64,000 nt of DNA from Eledone cirrhosa (GCA_964016885.1 OZ024760.1:13330001-13394000); one strand, 5' to 3'; shown: positions 23,509 to 37,542, counted from the first letter of the stretch. Program-made: numbers and translations. Notes: a model not told the origin generated them from the sequence alone.

Positions 23509-26500
23509 TCAAATTAACCTAAAACACTTCTGCTTGTCACGTGGAATTTTGGTCTTGAATAAAACCGAATCGATGCGAAACTGTGTGTAAAGTAATGGCA
23601 TGTAGCCATAAACTTTAGCAAAGAAATTTATGCATTTGTGTCGCTCATCAAAATGAGTTTCGTCTTTTGCAAGAGCCTGAGAGCACCCTGGACAACGAAA
23701 TGTCCAACGTGATGTCACCTGGAAGAAGAAGAAATATACAATTAATTGATCAGAGTTTTAATTTTGAAAGTATATCAGTTAAAAATAAGCTCCTTCAATG
23801 TTAGTTTTTAGACTATTCACAAAATACACCGATAATATTAAGCAAATCATCGGCCTTTTATTATAAATACATATGTATACATACCTTTAAAGGGGGCTTT
23901 CGTGTGAGGTGTGCAACTAAAAAATTCATAGCAATGTCTTCGCAGTTAATGTAATCATCGACTTTATCTCGTATAGCTTGTGGCATGACGTAAGAATACA
24001 TATAGGCATAATACTGTAAAACAATAGAAACATATATACATTGACTGATAAATGTTTAACATATACATAGTTTATATACACACACAAATGCATATATACA
24101 TTGATAGATATCTAACATATACATAGTTTATAGGTATATATGTATGCAACAGAAAATCCACTAAAGGTAGCCCAAAGGACCAGTGTGGTAGAGGTACACT
24201 CTAGGTAATATGTTAATCCTAGCTGTCACAAAGGAAATATCAATATAGGAAAGTAAAGAAGTCACCCGTCTTACTTTATGAAAAAACGCTGCTCCAGTGA
24301 GTACCATCGACAACTCACAAGAATGGTTAGCATTATAGTGCCAGGCCTTTTCATCAGCATGCCATCCATGAAAGCGTCCTGGAAATCCAACAACACGATC
24401 ACGGGCCTCACGCCATACCCTGCAATAATAGCAACACAGAAATATTTCAAGAAACTGAAGAAATATATAGAAATAAAGAACAAAACCATTTCATAACAAA
24501 TAATTGACACCATTACAACAATTACAAAGTATGGAAGGACAATATGACTAACCTGAAGCCAAAAATGATTTCATCATGGCGAAGATGAACATCGTCATCA
24601 ATGCTAAGTACAGCCTCAGTTTCAATTACATCAAAAGGTAGAAAACGGTTGTTTAAAGTGTTGCGTTCTGTTTTTATCACCTGTCAAAGGTAAACATACA
24701 TTCAGGTAAAACTAAATTGAGTGATTCTTCCTCATCCACTCTCTCTCTCTCGCCCCTTCTCACTTCCTCTGTGTTCTGATCTGGAGAGGGATAAACTCCA
24801 TCAGTTCTAAAATGTCCAAGACACACTGCATATCATATCACTACGGCAGCCCTACAACCACACAAAGAGTTAAGCGTCCATAGCATCACACAACATAAGC
24901 CAATACAATCCAAGTATTACTTACACTGATAGGGACACTAATGTCAGGCCACCTAAGATCTGCCGGTGGTGGTTTAGGGCTGTTCCAAACAACTACTACT
25001 CTATTCAGATGAGGTACTCCTTTTAGACGTTGTAAAGCACTGATCAGCACAGTTTCACGTTCGTATGTTAACATCACCACTGAAAATTACAAGAAAAAAT
25101 TAATGAATCTTTCATGTCTTAATTTATTGATATTTCATTTAACCCTAGTGGCAGAGTGTATAGAATATAAACACACGCACACATCTCTATATGTTTCTGT
25201 ATATAGTGGTTAGAGCATTGGCCTTGCGATCGAAAGGTTGTGAGTTCAATTCTCAGACCGGGTGATGTGTTGTTTCCTTGAGCAAGACACTTTATTTCAC
25301 ATTACTCCAGTTTACTCAGCTGTAGAAATGAGATGATAGGGACTGGGGTCCCTATCATTCCACTGCAAAGTAGTTGTGGAGGTGCCACGGCAAAAAAAGC
25401 ACCCAGCACTCACTGTAAATGAGGTTGGTGTTAGGAAGAGCATCCAACTGTAGAAATCAAGCCAGAATCAGTTCCTGTCCCACCCTTGCAAGCAGGGAAA
25501 AGCGGACATAAAATTATGATGATATATATATACATACACACACACACACATATACGTGTATATATATATATATATACACACACACATATATATATGTATA
25601 TACACATTGGGAAGGTCATGTTGCCAATAAAAACACATGCACTATATATATATATATATTATTAATTGTTTCTACTTTTGGCACAAGGCCAGAAATTATC
25701 CCAGTGTATTACTGATACTTTATTTTATCGACCCCGTAAGGATGAAAGGCAAAGTTAACCTCGGCAGGATTTGAACTCAGTCCGTAAAGGGACGTAACTG
25801 TGCTGGAAAGCATGGCGTCCGACCCTCTACCGATACTGCCAATCCACCATATTATTATTGATAGCAATAATATATGTATATATATATATATAACAAATTT
25901 AATATAGAAATAGCTTCTACAGGATTAGAATTGTTTCATTCAAAGGAAATCATCATATATAACTCACCTGTAAACTGTTCCCGAGGGACATTCCCACCAA
26001 GCCCTTCACTAAATTCCTTACCAGCCCCTCCAGCTCCCTTGTTGATTGGTCGAAAGCCATAACCTGAACCTGTAATGAGAATATTTCATAATTACGTATA
26101 GGGCCATTGTTTAAGTGATTGATAGGGGGATAGATGGGTGGTGAAGGAGAGAATGATGAATATATTGAATGGGCATCCACATGCACTTGTGGAAAATGGA
26201 CATCAAAAGGTAATGATGAAGATATATATATATTATATCATACATATATATCAAAGTAAACAAGATATCGTTTCAGGTGACCTAAGCTTAGGTTACGAGT
26301 AATCTGTACAGAGGAATATTACATACATATCATCATCATCATCATTTTACGTTTGCTTAATAGATAATGAAAAACGAAGACAAATTCATTTACGAAACAA
26401 TAATACAAACAAATATTGTTGATTGCATTGGTCAGGTGAAAAAATGTTTGTCAGAGAAGTTGAGTGTTGCTATAAGGAAAAAAAAATAGAAGCCCCATTA

Positions 26501-28165
26501 GGGTGTCTTAATATTATTGAAATTTTGTGAATAGGCATCATATCTTGTTTATCTATGGTTTAAATTTCATATAAATTGAAGGGAAAACATTTTCAGCGGG
26601 GGTTTGAGCCCCCGGGGAGCCCTTTGATTAAAATGGAATATACGTAAAAAATTCAAATAGGCATGAGCCCCACACACGTGTCAAGTTTCATCAAAATCGG
26701 TTTGATAGTTTTTGAGTTTTAGGTTCACAAACAAACAAACAGAAATTGCCATTAATGTAATAAATAATAATTGTTTCTACTTTTGGCACAAGGCCAGCAA
26801 TTACCCAGTGTATTACTGGTACTTTATTTTAGCGACCCCGTAAGGATGAAAGGCAAAGAATAATATATATATATTGTGTTATGCAGAACAATTGAAAGTG
26901 GTGGCAGTTGAGGGGAGTGGGTGGAGTGTGAGAGAGGAAACAGTGAAAGAGAAACGAGAGAGAATTAGATATATAGAGAGAGGGAGGAGAAAGGTGAAAG
27001 ATTAAGAGAGACATGTGCAGATGGGTTGGGCTGAGTGGTGGTGGTGGGACTGGGTGTATTTTATCATGGCACCAGCACTACCACTTTACAGAGTAAAAAA
27101 TAAACAACAAACAAGAAAAACCTTATATTATGGTTATAGAATAAATCTCTAAGAGGTTCAATAAAAGAACCTTTCTGAGCCCTAATCATGAAACACGTGG
27201 GGTAACATATTGCCCTCAATTCAATGAGTAGTTTTGTTTTGACAACAAAAGGAAGTGGTTATTACTTGCAGCTGTGTCCTAAGCATTCTAGGAAAAAAAA
27301 TGTTATTTAAAAAAGAATTTTCCTTCTGTGATATTAGAAGCTGTGTAAAGGAAACTACTACACCCCTGACCCCCTACTCCCAAATAAATTTAAAAAAACC
27401 TGATCTCCTCAAAAAAACTATTGCTAATGAAGGATATTGAGACAAAGATAACATTTAAGGAAAATAATTTACTGGTTTTAACTTCCACCACTTTAAATTA
27501 AAACAAAACTGCAAAAAAAAAACAGGCAAATATATATATGTATGTATGTATAAATATATATATATATATAGTAATAATAATAAATTTGAAGACTAAAATC
27601 CAAAGAGGGCTCGATTACAGATTGACTTTGTTAGTTTCAGAAGATCCTGTTAAGGGTGAAAGCAGCGATTCTTTGCTTAAACTTTAATCTGTTATTTTAA
27701 TAAATATATATATATAAATGGAAAAATAAATAACAAAATGGGAGAAAAAAACAAACAAAAGCCAAAATAAAAAAAAAGTATTCAAGCCATAAAACTGTTG
27801 TTTCCTTCCTCACTATTGGAGAGTTCAACAAAAGGGAATTAGATTTTAAAGAGGATGTTGACACGTCGACGTTGTGTTTGTGTGAGAATGGAAGGATGGG
27901 GACGATGATGTGAAGAAATATTTGTCACTGTTGAGTAAACTGATGGGTCTCAGTATTGAGCTGTTTCTCACCCCAATAGCTACTGTCATTCAGAGAGTGG
28001 GATTATTGGCTCAGTGCACAGTCTTTCCTCACTTTAAAAGAAATCTTCACACACAGGCATTGCACGATAGCATTAATTGATAATTATTAATAATGTTATA
28101 TTGTACAATGGCCATACTTGATAATGAGAGGGCAGCCATCATGTGTGTGTGTGAGTGTGAGTGTG

Positions 28166-28215
<50 letters not shown>

Positions 28216-30442
28216 ATAGCATTCTATCATTCCGTTAATCCACTGCCTGATAATATAAACAAAAAAAAATAATACAATAAAAAATAAAAATAAAGATTTA
28301 TATAAAAAAAAAAGAAACAATATCCAAAAACAATCAACCAATCAATATATCAATAAATTAATCAATATGGTACTTACCGAAGAATTTGGCTTCAGATGGA
28401 AGGACCGGCTCGAATGGAGTTGAAGCAAATGTGTGGAATGGATCACCATAGGAATTGAATTTCTCATAGTTCCGTATTTGGGAGAAGTTATGGTTGAAGG
28501 ACTGAGATGGAAACGGTGGTTCTACTGGTCCTAAAACATCATCAGTCTCCGGATCAATATCTTCCAATTCCAGTTTCATCGGAACTACAGTCATGTTGAA
28601 GAAACTCGGAGAAGCTGCTTCCGTTGCAGAAGCTGCTGGAATTTGTAGCCTTGTCCGAACTGTGGCCAGAAGCATAGTAATGACTCTGTCAAATGAGCAG
28701 AAATACGTCTCCCAGAGAAACCGCCCTTGACGACGCATCTCTGCAATAATAATGTCTGTATATGTACGCAGGAGAAAGTGTAGCTCCGTTATTCGAGGTT
28801 TTGGCAATATTATAATAGCTTTTTGCCAGTCTATCAGCTCACTAAATGGTAACTGTACATAATTGCCTAAAACAACAGGGATTGAGCCATACTTTAGAGC
28901 TTCCAACAGCCTGATATGTATCAAAGGGGTTGATATGAAGGAACTATTTTTGGGAGCAATGATTAAAGTGAAAGTGGACTGCATGATTAGCTCCCGGCGA
29001 TAGAGATCGTTCTCGCACAGCGACCACTCGCCGGCTATTGCAATTCGCTCCGGGGAAGTACGACAGGAAAACACGAATGAAAAGGGGTCTGTCTTTAAGG
29101 ACTGAATTCCTTTCAGGGTATCCAGGATGATGGTGTCTAGATTCTTATTTAGCACCTGTTCAGATATCACACTCTTCAGTTGTCGGACTCGATAACTCTG
29201 TTCTGTTATATCACCATTTGCATTGCTGTTATTATTTACATTGTTCTTTACACCATTGTTATTAATATTATTATTATTGTTGTTGTTGTTTAGATTTTCA
29301 TTTTCAGCTTTCTGCTGTCCATCAGGGTTTGGTTCAATATCTACAATGGTTTTTAAGTGACTTGCTGGTGGTGGCATTGGTTTGGAGTCTGGGTGTTCTC
29401 CAGCGTAGCTAAGTAAATACTTCCTCTGTATTGGAGACATGTGTGTCATGTCTCTCCAACTGAAACTGCTCAACCACGACCGTATCACTGGAGGGATGAT
29501 AATGTTGAAATCCCAACGGAATGAAGCGGATGTGAAGAATGTGTGAACCAAGATGGCGCGACCGGTATTTACATTACTGATTAGCTCAAGGTCGGACAAG
29601 CGTTTACTGAGAGACACCAAGATATGGTTGCGGCCGTCACCACGCCAGTATGGTAATTTCAGCAACAGCGTCTGTAGGGATCTCGCACGAACCCCTCGGA
29701 GCTCACCAATAAAAACTATGGAAACACAAGCACTGTTCGGATCAGTCGTAAGGTAATCCTTTAAAAAACTGGATTGCTGAAGGTTTAGCAGAAGATCAAG
29801 GTTCATGTGTTTTCCAATTAGATATTTTTGGGGGTTGTAAATATATACAGGGAATTTTGAAATGAGGGAACAGCGAGAATAATCAAAACAATTATGCATT
29901 TGACAGACATTGGGATATTTTGGTAAAGGTATGTTGAGACTATCCGAAATATTGGGGCGGATGAATTTTGGAGCAAGTAGTAGGGGAACATTTTGTTTCG
30001 TTATCTCTTCTTTCTCCAGCTTCACCTGAGCAATTGTGATTTTTAGACGTTCCAGATCTCTCCGTAGTTTTTCATGTTCATTCTTCAATTTTTGAATGTT
30101 TGTATTATAACCGGAGAGTTCCACTTGCAGATGTTGACGTTTGCTTTCCAACAGACGCAGCTCATTGTTGACAGATGCACGAATTTGTTTCAGCTCTCTG
30201 ACATGCAAGCAGAGGTCATTCTTCTCCAATATTTCATTGTCTTCGCCGAAATGGCTTAGTTTGGAATGTGACTGGTCAGCCTCACTGATGGTGTTATCAC
30301 CACCAATTTTAGACAGATAATAATGTGAGAGGAAAATTAGAAGAGCAAACACAAGTACCAAAAGCGTGATCAAACGAAAGAGGTTCCGATATGTAACTCG
30401 GGCAAAACAAGCCCTTTGCTTGAGTAAGTCTAAATTCAACAT
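23509..30442 (-). CDS. EXTL3: Exostosin-like 3 glycosyltransferase (GT47 + GT64), 7 coding exons, 977 aa
   Basis: Exons 30442-28378, 26069-25968, 25079-24925, 24680-24553, 24419-24275, 24013-23885 and 23718-23509; GT-AG and phase-consistent (2934 nt). It has a type II transmembrane helix, a coiled coil ([17 protein letters not shown]), [32 protein letters not shown], and GT64 motifs [29 protein letters not shown] and [12 protein letters not shown]. Confidence 0.97.
25204..25520 (+). mobile_element. tRNA-derived SINE family B with an RTE-derived tail (EXTL3 intron)
   Basis: A-box TAGTGGTTAGAGC, B-box GAGTTCAATTCTC, central TGAGCAAGACACTTTATTTCAC, tail CCCACCCTTGCAAGCAGGGAAAAGCGGAC plus (GAT)n. 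Confidence 0.85.
25664..25850 (-). mobile_element. tRNA-derived SINE family A
   Basis: The minus strand has GGCAGTATCGGTAGAG (A-box), GAGTTCAAATCC (B-box), GCCTTTCATCCTTACGGGGTCGATAAAATAAAGTA and a GCCTTGTGCCAAAAGTAGAAAC-(AAT)n tail. More than a dozen full or partial copies occur in the window, e.g. near 40, 4420, 18545, 26770, 33418, 44283, 47720, 49855, 55760 and 63670. Confidence 0.88.
26570..26762 (+). mobile_element. Helentron/DINE-like non-autonomous element fragment
   Basis: AAGTTTCATCAAAATCGGTTTGATAGTTTTTGAG followed by an (ACAA)n microsatellite, a layout typical of DINE-1/Helentron-associated elements. Confidence 0.5.
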
Positions 30443-32637
30443 ATTAGGTAAGAGTGTGGGATATCTGGCTATAGTGCATCACAAACAGAAGTGGATTTGG
30501 GTAACCCAGAGTTAAAAGTTTGAGATTCTTTGTAATTACATACAACAGCAAGTGCATTGTTTAGGTAGGGTTAGGGGTAAAAAAATACACTTGTTTCAAT
30601 TAAGTTTACTCTGTAATGCTTTTCCTGACCAGTTTTATTTCATTCCTTTTTTATTTTCTATTTCATATCTTGTGTGAAAGATTTAGCAGGTAAAATGAAG
30701 TCTGTATACACGTGTTAGATTGACAAACAAAGGTTTTATGAAGGGGGAATATCTCTAAATTGTTGCATGTTTTCGATGGGGTTAAAAAATGAATGTAAAG
30801 CGTTTGTTATCCGTTTATAATTATCAGTGTATAACATTGAAGGTACTATGTATGTACCGCTAAAAATATCTAACAGTATATACAATTTTTGAATAAAGTA
30901 TGTCTTGGTTGATTTTCGTGTAAAGTATATGTAGTAAAATAAGACAAAAATTAGGTATAATCTTTCAACCTTCGATGTTGTACGCAATAACATCATGAAG
31001 GGGAGAGAAAAGGTGGGGAAAAAATAAATGGAAAAAAATTAGGATAAAAATTTTTTTAAAAAATTATTTGAGCTAATTAAAATATAAAATTTCCCAAGAG
31101 AACTTTAAGTATAAAAGTTAGTCTCTCTATTTACAGATGGTGAAGCCAGAAAAAAGATTCTGTATGTTTGATACTATCTCTTTGGGGGTTTCTTATGTAG
31201 AGTCCGAGATAGCATAAACTGTTGATTCATTCATGTATATATATATTTATATTTCCACCCTTGCAAGCAGGGAAAAGCAGACGTAAAATAATGATTTTAT
31301 ATGTATATATTTATATATATTTATATTATATATATATATATGTTATAAAGGGTCAGGACCCGACGGCTGAGCTCTGGCCTTTTCAATAGCTAGTTCCAGA
31401 CTATAATATAACCATACTCTACTACCCCAAGTATTGAGTACTCCGTTGAGTAATGGTCTAACTAGTTTCAGACTGAATCCTTCCTGATTTATATATTTAT
31501 ATATATATGTGTGATGGTGATATATATATATGTGTGTGTAATGGTGATATATATATATGTGTGTGTAATGGTGATATATATATATGTGTGTGTGTACTAT
31601 TACATCTGCAATTTTTTTTTATTTAAACAAAACCCTACAAAACTGTAATAATTACTTGATAGGTAGGTTTTAGTAGTTAATAGTGTAATTATATTACTGA
31701 TAAACCCCCTAAAACTGTAATAATTACTTGATAGGTAGGTCTTGATAATTAATAGTGTAAATATATTACTGTTAAACCTACCAAACTGTAATAATTACTG
31801 TGTCTTAGTACTTAGTGTAACTATATTGTTGTTAACATTCTTTGTTGATATGATATCTGGTGAATGTTTCCCTAAAACCTGAAATAATGGGAATTTAACA
31901 ATGATATTTTGTTTAAATTAGTAAATAAGACATTATCACGAGAGTTTGAATAAAGCTATTTTAGAAGATAAAGTAATCGTATGACGTGATGGTAGTGGTG
32001 GTGATGGTGGAGGTGGTGTCGTTGGTAATAGTAATAAAGGTGGAGGTGGTGGTTGTAGAGATGGTGGAGGTGGTTGTCTTTTAAAACTGGGTCAAATAGA
32101 TATTAAAAAAAATTTTTTTTACTTAAATTGGTTTTGCTAACAAATGGAAGCTAAAAGCATCACAGTCAGGATGTGAAAGGGAGAGAAAGAAAAAGAGAGT
32201 GAGAGAGAGGATGAGAAAAGAAGAGAGAGAGAGAAGAGGAGGAGGGATCATGATTCTTTAAATGGAGAAACTCGACGTGTATGTGGAAAAAGTTTGAGAA
32301 ATCTTGAGCCATGCCCTGGCTGAAGAATGACCAGTTTTCTGAGACAATTCTTCTTAGGTAAAACTGTTAAGGAATTGTTAAACATGGTTGGTCCATTAGT
32401 CCAAGAATTCTTCAGAATTGGTTCCATTGCAGGGAATTAAACGAAGATTTGATTTCCAGGAAGACAAATGTTTGCAAGACATTGACAAACATTTTTATTT
32501 GCAAAGATCTGTCTTTGAGATTAACCAAAGTTCTTTTATTTTGTTGTTAATTTCTGGAAAGAAAAAGAAGAGAAAAATTAAATTAAAATGTTAAATAAAA
32601 ACAAAAGGAATTCTGCAAAGTTAAAAATTTTGTTTAA

Positions 32638-32858
32638 CCCTTTAGCATTTACATTACTTTATATATACTATTGTATTTTTGTGGTAAAGGCTTTACCTCA
32701 CTTAATTATCTCACATGATATTGAATCTATGAGATTTTGATGTTATTTATTTTGAGAACAATACTTTAATGTCAGTATGAGCAGCCAGTTATGGCTGGTT
32801 TGAACAGAAAGAGGTGAGAGAATTCTGGCCGGATACGGCCAGTTTAAATGCTAAAGGG
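32638..32858. mobile_element. piggyBac-type MITE with TTAA target duplication
   Basis: TTAA-CCCTTTAGCATTTA ... TAAATGCTAAAGGG-TTAA. Related copies at 39199-39370, 39428-39615 and 22517-22628. Confidence 0.85.
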
Positions 32859-33139
32859 TTAAATAATTTCTCCCTTGTTTTTGTTTAGAAAGATTCTTCA
32901 TGTGAAATCATCACCACTATGACAACCACCATCACCACCATCACCACCACCACCACCACCACCACCACTATCGTGTATGTGTGTATGTGTGCATGTATGT
33001 ATGTAGGTGTGTGTGTGTGTGTGTGTGTGCATCCATCTCTTGGTTTAACACCCTCCCACCTCAGGCCTTGGATGTCAACACTTATGTAAGAATCTGGATC
33101 AAGTATTTAGTTTGAGAACACAGGTTTCCATTTTCTTTC

Positions 33140-33255
33140 CTCCCTCCCCACCAGTCTCAGGGGACACCATTCCCCCTCCCCCCAGTCTCAGGGGACACCA
33201 TTCCCCATCCCCCCAGTCTCAGGGGACACCATTCTCTCTCCCTTCAGTCTCAGAG
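33140..33255. repeat. ~31-bp minisatellite, about 3.5 copies
   Basis: Unit CCCCCAGTCTCAGGGGACACCATTCCCCCTC. Confidence 0.85.
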
Positions 33256-33720
33256 GTATTGTAAAGGGTCATGGACATTGCTCTTCTCCTCCCTAGCTAA
33301 ACAGTAAAAAGTAATTAAGTAATTATGTATTCCAAGAACCTAATTTACTAATGATGGCAGAAAATAAACGAATACAAGATTGTATAATCAAAAACAAAAA
33401 CAACAATAATAATAATAATTGTTTCTACTTTAGGCACAAGGCCAGCAATTAACCAGTACATTACTGGTACTTTATTTTATCGACCCCGTAAGGATGAAAG
33501 GCAAAGTTAACCTCGGCGGGATTCTGATTTAGGCACAAGGCCAGCAATTTCGGGAGAAGGGGTAAGTCGATTAAATCGACCCCAATGTGTTACTGGTACT
33601 TTATTTTATCAACCCCGTAAGGATCTATTGATTCTGCCAATCCACCACCCTTAAATAAAAATAATAATTTCTTTTATTGCCTCAAGGGCACTGAATCAGG
33701 GGACAAGTGGCATAAAGTGT

Positions 33721-33965
33721 TGAGGGTTTATATAAAATATTGTTACTATTTTAGGGGACGTTAGGTAGACAAGTGAGGGTTTATATAAAATATTGTTACT
33801 TTTTTAGGGGACATTAGGTAAACAAGTGAGGGTTTATATAACATATTGTTACTTTTTTAGGGGACATTAGGTAAACAAGTGAGGGTTTATATTAAATATT
33901 GTTACTTTTTTAGGGGACATTAGGTAAACAAGTGAGGGTTTATATGAAATATTTGTTACTTTTTT
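33721..33965. repeat. 53-bp minisatellite, about 4.5 copies
   Basis: GAGGGTTTAT starts at 33722, 33775, 33828, 33881 and 33934. Confidence 0.92.
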
Positions 33966-34539
33966 TCTTTCTGTATGAAGAAAAGATTTGTCAGCACCAA
34001 AGAATATGGTGGATAGAGTGAGAGGGGGTGAATGGTGTTTGATGATGGTTTAATGTGTATATATAATGTGTCACATCATTTAGTGTGGCATTCAAGGATC
34101 CTTGTGTAACAGGGAAAAAGGGGGAAATGTAAGAAAACAGGGAGGAGGGGGGGGGAGGCGGAAGTCTTTCTTAAGTTCTGAAGGAAATGGCAATCAGGAA
34201 AACTCTTAGGGAGATTAGGGTGGTGGTGATGGCGATGGTAGAGATGGTGGAGGAAGGGTATTGGTGATGGGGTTGGTGCTGGAGATGGTAGTAGTGATGG
34301 TGTTGGTGCTGATGATGATGATGATGAAGGAGAAGACATTTATAAATATATGTAAAAGATACTTTAAAAATAAATAAATATAATAATTGGTATGTTCGTA
34401 CTTAAAAAGAAGGTGAATTGGTATAAATCGTAAATCACATAACTAGCAACTTCTTGGTTTCTCTGACCCCTACTAGTAATACTGTCCAGCTGTTTACACT
34501 TGACCCTTACTGGTCACTAACATTGTCTCTTCTCACTGT

Positions 34540-34594
<55 letters not shown>

Positions 34595-34595
34595 T

Positions 34596-34933
34596 TTCAT
34601 CATTTTCATTTCATTTTACGTCCACTTTTCCCTGCTTGCAAGGGTGGGACAGGAACTGATGCTGGCTTGATTTCTACAGCTGGATGCCCTTCCTAACACC
34701 AACCTCATTTACAGTGAGTGCTGGGTGCTTTTTTGCCGTGGCACCTCCACGACCACTTTGCAGTGGAATGATAGGGACCCCAGTCCTTATCTCATTTCTA
34801 CAGCTGAGTAAACTGGAGCAATGTGAAATAAAGTGTCTTGCTCAAGGAAACAACACATCACCCGGTCTGAGAATTGAACTCACAACCTTTCGACTGCAAG
34901 GCCAATGTTCTAACCACTAAGCCATGTGCCTCC
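34596..34933 (-). mobile_element. SINE family B, full-length copy
   Basis: The minus strand begins GGAGGCACATGGCTTAGTGGTTAGAAC; body and tail match 25204-25520. Confidence 0.87.
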
Positions 34934-35829
34934 ATATATATATATAAAATAGCTGATGATTTGGCTTTTGTTTTGTCTTATTTTCATTCATCTTGTCCTC
35001 TTTGTTAATTTTCCTAAGTTTATCATATACAACTTTTGTTCAATAAATACAAACTTTACTAGATTGAGAATCAAAAATAAATAAACAGTTAATAAATATA
35101 TATCTGGGGTGTTACACTGATTCACCTTTTAAAGTACTTTTATGCAACTCATTTCTTTAAAAATAATTTGGTGATGTGTGTGTGTGTGTGTATGTGTATG
35201 TACATATGTATGGGTGTGTATGCACACACACACACACACACATGGAAGCTTTAAACCGTTTTTTAAAACTTTGCAGTTTGTATATTTTTAACTTTCAAAA
35301 TATGTGGAAAAATTTATAAATGAATGCAATCTTTAGCATAGTTTAATATTGTAAAGAATTTATAAAATCCTGTTCCTTATATTTCATACAATAGAGGTAC
35401 GGTTGTGAAGTCTTTCTTACCATTACATCTATCCCCTGCCATTCCACTGTACAACACCTTAAACTAGTGTCTCTTACCAATTAACTAATAAATCCCTACT
35501 CACCACTTTTTTATAAAATGGTTGGGTGTGTTTTAAAGAAAATGTCTGAACTATCTGTAAAATCTTCCTCAAACCACACCCAGTCATCTTGGAATATAAT
35601 TATAAATTCCGTTAATTTAACCACTTTCTCATCCTATTTCTAATGAAGTTTATTTCATAAAGTTTTGAAAATAAACAAGAAATTTAAGGGATTTAGTCAA
35701 TTGACAAGACCCCAGTCCTCATTCGTTTACCGAGTGGGGTGGAATTTGTCAAATCAGACCAAGGAACTAATGTTTTCATTGGTCTTTCCATTTCTGATGC
35801 TATCTACCAGTAGAAAGAGCAATGCGAGA

Positions 35830-36059
35830 TAAAGTGTCTTACTCAAGGGCAGATTTTACTGGCAAAACCAACTGGTAGGAGACCCAGGGGTAGACCCCAA
35901 GCAGCATGGTTGGATAACATCCATAAGCTTGGGTGGTCTTGCTTAGGGAACCAGCCGGATCAATACGAGAGGGATGCTTCTGACAGGACCCTCTGGAAGG
36001 AGTGTTTTGAGGACTGTCCCCCACAGCCCTCTCAGGAATAAATGGGTAAAGAAGAAGAA
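35830..36059 (+). mobile_element. RTE LINE 3' end fragment
   Basis: Reads ILLAKPTGRRPRGRPQAAWLDNI...DRTLWK and ends in a (GAA)n tail; same family as the 7.3-8.3k fragment. Confidence 0.75.
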
Positions 36060-37504
36060 CCAAAACATTTGGGAGTATATTTCATTAGAAATATAACCAG
36101 GAAAAGATTAATGAAATTATTCTTACAAATATTACGGAAGGATTTAATTCGATTGTGAAGAAGTTTTTCTACCACAGAAAGCAACCGGATTGTTATCAAA
36201 GGGTAAAAATGTTGGAATCATATTTCAGCTTCTTTAAAATCTCACAAACTTGAATAGCAGGTCTTATCTTATTCAGGGTGGAATTTCACTTGAGGGTGTC
36301 AAGAAACCAAAAAATCTCACGAGAAACAGTATGGATATGTATATATATGTGGTGGTGGTGTTGTTGTTGTTGTTGATGACAAGCCAAACTACAAACAAGT
36401 ATATACATATCAATGGTACTTGTTTACAGCTTACAATAACAATGTTTAGATGTTACATGAATGAAAGTTATTATAATACAATGCATGTGAAATAAAGAAG
36501 AAAGAGGAAAATTTAAAAACCAAATACCATATCTCTAAAATATGATTTTGTAGATAATTAAAAAAAATGAAAAAATGTTAGACAACTTGTCTTCTATATT
36601 ATTTAGGGCAACATTTATATATATATATAAAAGGTTTTACTATTATAATTTTCTTGAGGTGTAAGTTAGAAAAAAATAGGGTGTGTATATATATAAGAAA
36701 TTAAAAGGTTATTTGTTTCTAATACTTAGACATAAGTTTTAGATAGATAGATAGATAGAGAGAGATACAGAGATAGATAGATAAAGAAATGTGGGTATTA
36801 GGTTAATGTTAGAATAATGATGTACAATGACTTCCAATTCCACTTAGCCATTAGTCAGTTCTTCAAGAAGATTGAAGAACTGGTCAAAGGTTGAGCCAAT
36901 AGTTAAGTGAAACATGAAAACTTTGTATGTATGTGTGTGTGTATGTAGGTATGTATGTGTGTGCGTGTATGTATGAATATATGTGTATGTATGTGTAGTG
37001 TATGCACCAGCCCCACCCCACCCTCCTATATATCTCTCATGAGGACAGGCTGTAGCATATGTCAAGTGTAGCCTCCAGCCCACAGTGTAAATGGGGTTGG
37101 TGTTAGGAAGGGCATTCAGCCTTAGAAATCTAGCCAGAAACAGTTCTGTATGAGCAAGACAGTCACCCGATCCAACTTACCTTAAAAATGGAACAACCTG
37201 TCTAACCCATGCTAGCGTGGAAAAATGGGCGTTAAACCGTGACGGTGACAATATACATAGATATTTATATATCAGTCCTATGCGAGCAAGACAATCACTC
37301 TTGCCTCAAGTGGGACTACCCCCGTCCAAACCCATGCAAGCGTGGAACACGGACGTTAAACGTTGATGATGATGATGATGATGATGATATATGAGAGAGG
37401 GAGAGAGAGATGTGTGTGTAAAAGGTAAAGAGAAATAACAACACAATTGGTACAGTATATGGCAGGGATATATTAGTTTAACGCTTGAAATAGCAGGAAG
37501 AGGG

Positions 37505-37542
37505 TCTTAACGTTTCGGACACTAGTCCTTCATCAGAAAAAA
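37505..37542 (-). ncRNA. Minimal hammerhead-ribozyme motif (Penelope-type, family B)
   Basis: Minus strand: CTGATGA-A-GGAC-TAGT-GTCC-GAAA-CGT-TA. Confidence 0.55.

Noticed and set aside
33721-33965. Regularly spaced repeats as a CRISPR-like array (also 2375-2860 and 8711-9120)
   Set aside because: The units are contiguous with no unique spacers, no cas genes are present, and the context is eukaryotic.
34860-34933. tRNA-like sequence with A and B boxes
   Set aside because: It is the head of SINE family B, continues into the SINE body and tail, and has no proper acceptor stem.
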